This document shows positions 61,696 through 64,000 of a DNA stretch of 64,000 bases, piece after piece. Origin of the DNA: a phage; sequence record PZ019084.1. One strand, 5' to 3'. The position numbers and the translations under genes were made by a program. The notes below the pieces were generated by a model, which worked only from the letters and a program-made list of their open reading frames with translations, searched no databases and had not been told where the DNA came from. How positions within the stretch are numbered: the first letter of the stretch is position 1; each line of letters opens with the position of its first letter.

Positions 61696-62058
61696 TTAAA
61701 AGAATTTAAATTTTTTCTTTGACCTTTTATTAAATGCATCTTGTAGTTGCATTGTAATACATTTTTCTACATGAGGAGCTAACTCAGCTTTTCTTTCTTG
61801 GTCAAGAACAGCAAAGTCCATTACGACTTTTCCATCAACCCAATCTAATTTTGTCACATACACAATGTGTGTAGAACCATCTTCTAGTTTAATGACAATC
61901 TCCTGGATAACATTTTCCATAGCGGATTTAATTATCTTAAGAGACTCATTAAAAAGACGTTCTTTTCTTTCTTCTTCCCCCTCCGAAGAGGGGGATTCAT
62001 CGATAATTTCTAGATCTAAATCTAAATCATCTTTATTCATTAAATTCTTCCATATCAC
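61696..62058 (-). CDS. 40: gp40 head-vertex assembly chaperone
   Basis: 120-aa ORF between 41 and uvsX. Confidence 0.65.
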   Translation of the reverse strand: MIWKNLMNKDDLDLDLEIIDESPSSEGEEERKERLFNESLKIIKSAMENVIQEIVIKLEDGSTHIVYVTKLDWVDGKVVMDFAVLDQERKAELAPHVEKCITMQLQDAFNKRSKKKFKFF

Positions 62059-63214
62059 TTAACTGATCTAGGTCAGTTTCTAAATCAGCTGCTGATTTAC
62101 TTTTACTTTCTGGAGATTTAAATTTTTCAACCTTTGAGTTAATCAATTCATCAACTTCAGCTTCAACAATTTCATTACTATCAATAGCACCTAACTGATA
62201 AGCACGTTTAATAGCATCTCGGAATGGCTGATGCTTAAATAAAGGACCCCAGAATGTAGTGCAATTGGTATCTTTTGCGCGCCAAGATTTTTCTTCGCGA
62301 ATCATCTCGCCGGTTTCTTCGTCAAGAAATTCACGAGCATACCAGCCATTTTTAGGTTTTACTACAAATCCTAATTCAAGAGCCATATCTAACAATCCAG
62401 AATAAGGATCGATACCACCGTCAAATTTAACATCAATAAAGAATTTACTTTTTTCTTTAACGGTACGAGATTTTTCTACATTTAGAACAAATTGATACCC
62501 CTGAAGATCAGAACCATCTTTAATCTGGCGCTTGCCGATAATGAATACAGTATCAGCCGAATACATTACGCCTGTACCACCTGTCATCACGGTTTTACTA
62601 AACATTTCAATTGTTTCAATTGTATGGTTAACCGCAACACATGGAATGTTTTTAATACTAAAATAAGGAGTAACAATACGGAATAATGACTTCAGTGATT
62701 TAGCACGAGTCATATCTGCCACAGATTTTTCATTCAAGGCATCTTCCGTTTCTTTCTTAGAAGCCATATTACCAATTGAGTCGATGAATACAATAACTTT
62801 TTCGCCGCGCTCAATAGCTTCAAGCTGATTCACCATATCAATTTTCAGCTGTTCAACTGACTGGATTGGTGTATGAATTACTCGTTCAGGGTCAACTCCC
62901 ATGGATCGCAAATAAGCTGGAGTAATACCAAATTCACTATCATAAAATAGACAAACCGCGTCAGGATATTTGTTCAAATACGCCGCAACCATAGTCAAAG
63001 ACATATTTGATTTAAAGTGTTTAGAAGGACCTGCAAAAATGGTTAAACCAGACTGCATACCACCATCAATCGCACCTGAAATAGCGATATTGAGCATTGG
63101 AATTTTTGTACGGATTACATCCTTTTCATTAAAGAATTTAGATGTAGTCAGTTCAGCAGTCATTTTAGAAGTGGAAGCTTTAATCAAACGGGATTTTAAA
63201 TCTGCAATAGACAT
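62033..63214 (-). CDS. uvsX: UvsX recombinase (RecA-like)
   Basis: 393-aa ORF closely matching T4 UvsX throughout, including the acidic C-terminus. Confidence 0.9.
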   Translation of the reverse strand: MSIADLKSRLIKASTSKMTAELTTSKFFNEKDVIRTKIPMLNIAISGAIDGGMQSGLTIFAGPSKHFKSNMSLTMVAAYLNKYPDAVCLFYDSEFGITPAYLRSMGVDPERVIHTPIQSVEQLKIDMVNQLEAIERGEKVIVFIDSIGNMASKKETEDALNEKSVADMTRAKSLKSLFRIVTPYFSIKNIPCVAVNHTIETIEMFSKTVMTGGTGVMYSADTVFIIGKRQIKDGSDLQGYQFVLNVEKSRTVKEKSKFFIDVKFDGGIDPYSGLLDMALELGFVVKPKNGWYAREFLDEETGEMIREEKSWRAKDTNCTTFWGPLFKHQPFRDAIKRAYQLGAIDSNEIVEAEVDELINSKVEKFKSPESKSKSAADLETDLDQLSDMEEFNE

Positions 63215-63291
63215 TCATTTTTTCCATAGGCATCATTATATTTTCCTCACTGGTTAAAGATAGGGTAATTATAACACAATAAATTTAGGCA

Positions 63292-64000
63292 TTAATCAAC
63301 TGCTATTGGATGAATAGCATTAAACTTATGAAACGCTTCTGATTTTTCTTTGCGCGAAACACACATACGAAGAACCTTTAATGGCTCGTCTTCTTCACCT
63401 AACGATTTTCTCTTTTCAATATTCGATGTTTTCCAACGAGCTTGCTCTGGAAACTCTCTATTGATTTGCTCAAGAGCTCTATTATGTTTTGAATTACTAC
63501 GAATTGAACTACATCCACCGGGAGCCTGTGCTTTTCCAGATACAACCAGATATTTGAACAAAGCCAAATGCGGATAACCTTGATTAATTAAATTGAGAAA
63601 TGCATACATATCTTCGCATAAATCAATTTTTCCATACCCAATTTGTTCTGTTGTAAGTTTTCCAAGGTCATACCAGGTATTCGTGAATCCATATGAATTT
63701 TCACGATAATTACCCCAAGATGAAGTAATTTTAAAAATTGGTAGACGAGCATGACCATGATAATACCCACAATCCATGGCATCTTCAACGTATTGAATCA
63801 ATTCATAGAACTGTTCACGAGTTAATTGATTAATTTTATCTACGCAGCGACGATCATCTTTCTTTCGCATTGAACTCATACGAATAGTAGTATCATCATC
63901 AATCATCCAGATTCGTTGACCTGCATACATATCAGTAATTGCTTTACGAGTACCAGCAATTCCGTTAACATCATCAGGAATAGTTATAATTTTAGCTCTA
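63292..64000 (-). CDS. glycosyltransferase-like protein in the T4 beta-gt position; stop at 63292, N-terminus beyond the window end
   Basis: Frame open to position 64000; DDD acidic motif (IWMIDDD); no resemblance to my recollection of T4 beta-glucosyltransferase. Confidence 0.4.
   Translation of the reverse strand, partial: RAKIITIPDDVNGIAGTRKAITDMYAGQRIWMIDDDTTIRMSSMRKKDDRRCVDKINQLTREQFYELIQYVEDAMDCGYYHGHARLPIFKITSSWGNYRENSYGFTNTWYDLGKLTTEQIGYGKIDLCEDMYAFLNLINQGYPHLALFKYLVVSGKAQAPGGCSSIRSNSKHNRALEQINREFPEQARWKTSNIEKRKSLGEEDEPLKVLRMCVSRKEKSEAFHKFNAIHPIAVD

Overview
This window is a T-even (T4-like) myovirus genome segment, collinear with the T4 map from the gene 30.x/rIII region through gene 31, cd, pseT, alc, rnlA, denA, nrdB, nrdA, td, frd, 32, 59, 33, dsbA and rnh (all on the minus strand), the plus-strand long-tail-fibre late operon 34-35-36-37-38 and holin t, then minus-strand asiA, arn, motA, 52, ac, stp, ndd, denB, rIIB, rIIA, 39, motB-like genes, dexA, dda, modA, modB, soc, 56, 61, dmd, 41, 40 and uvsX, ending in a glycosyltransferase-like gene cut by the window edge. 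Gene identities rest on recognising the translated products and their lengths against T4 proteins from memory, plus conserved synteny; no database search was run. The phage looks T2/T6-type rather than T4 itself: gp38 is a 264-aa glycine-rich adhesin, gp37 (1262 aa) carries a C-terminal intramolecular-chaperone domain, gene 39 is a single 606-aa ORF with no gene 60 split, and td and nrdB are uninterrupted. Regulatory signals are readable directly: at least 15 minus-strand early promoters of the form GTTTAC-N17/18-TAnnAT, late promoters (TATAAATA) before genes 34, 36 and soc, and several GC-hairpin/U-run terminators. I did not find a clearly novel multi-gene system. The best candidates for unusual content are a Dam-family methyltransferase in the nrdA-nrdB spacer, an extra ORF between frd and td, a NADAR (YbiA-like) protein next to a HAD-like gene at the left edge, a GC-rich non-coding island beside rIII, a plus-strand membrane ORF between genes 56 and 61, and a palindromic promoter-like element near 47.95 kb.
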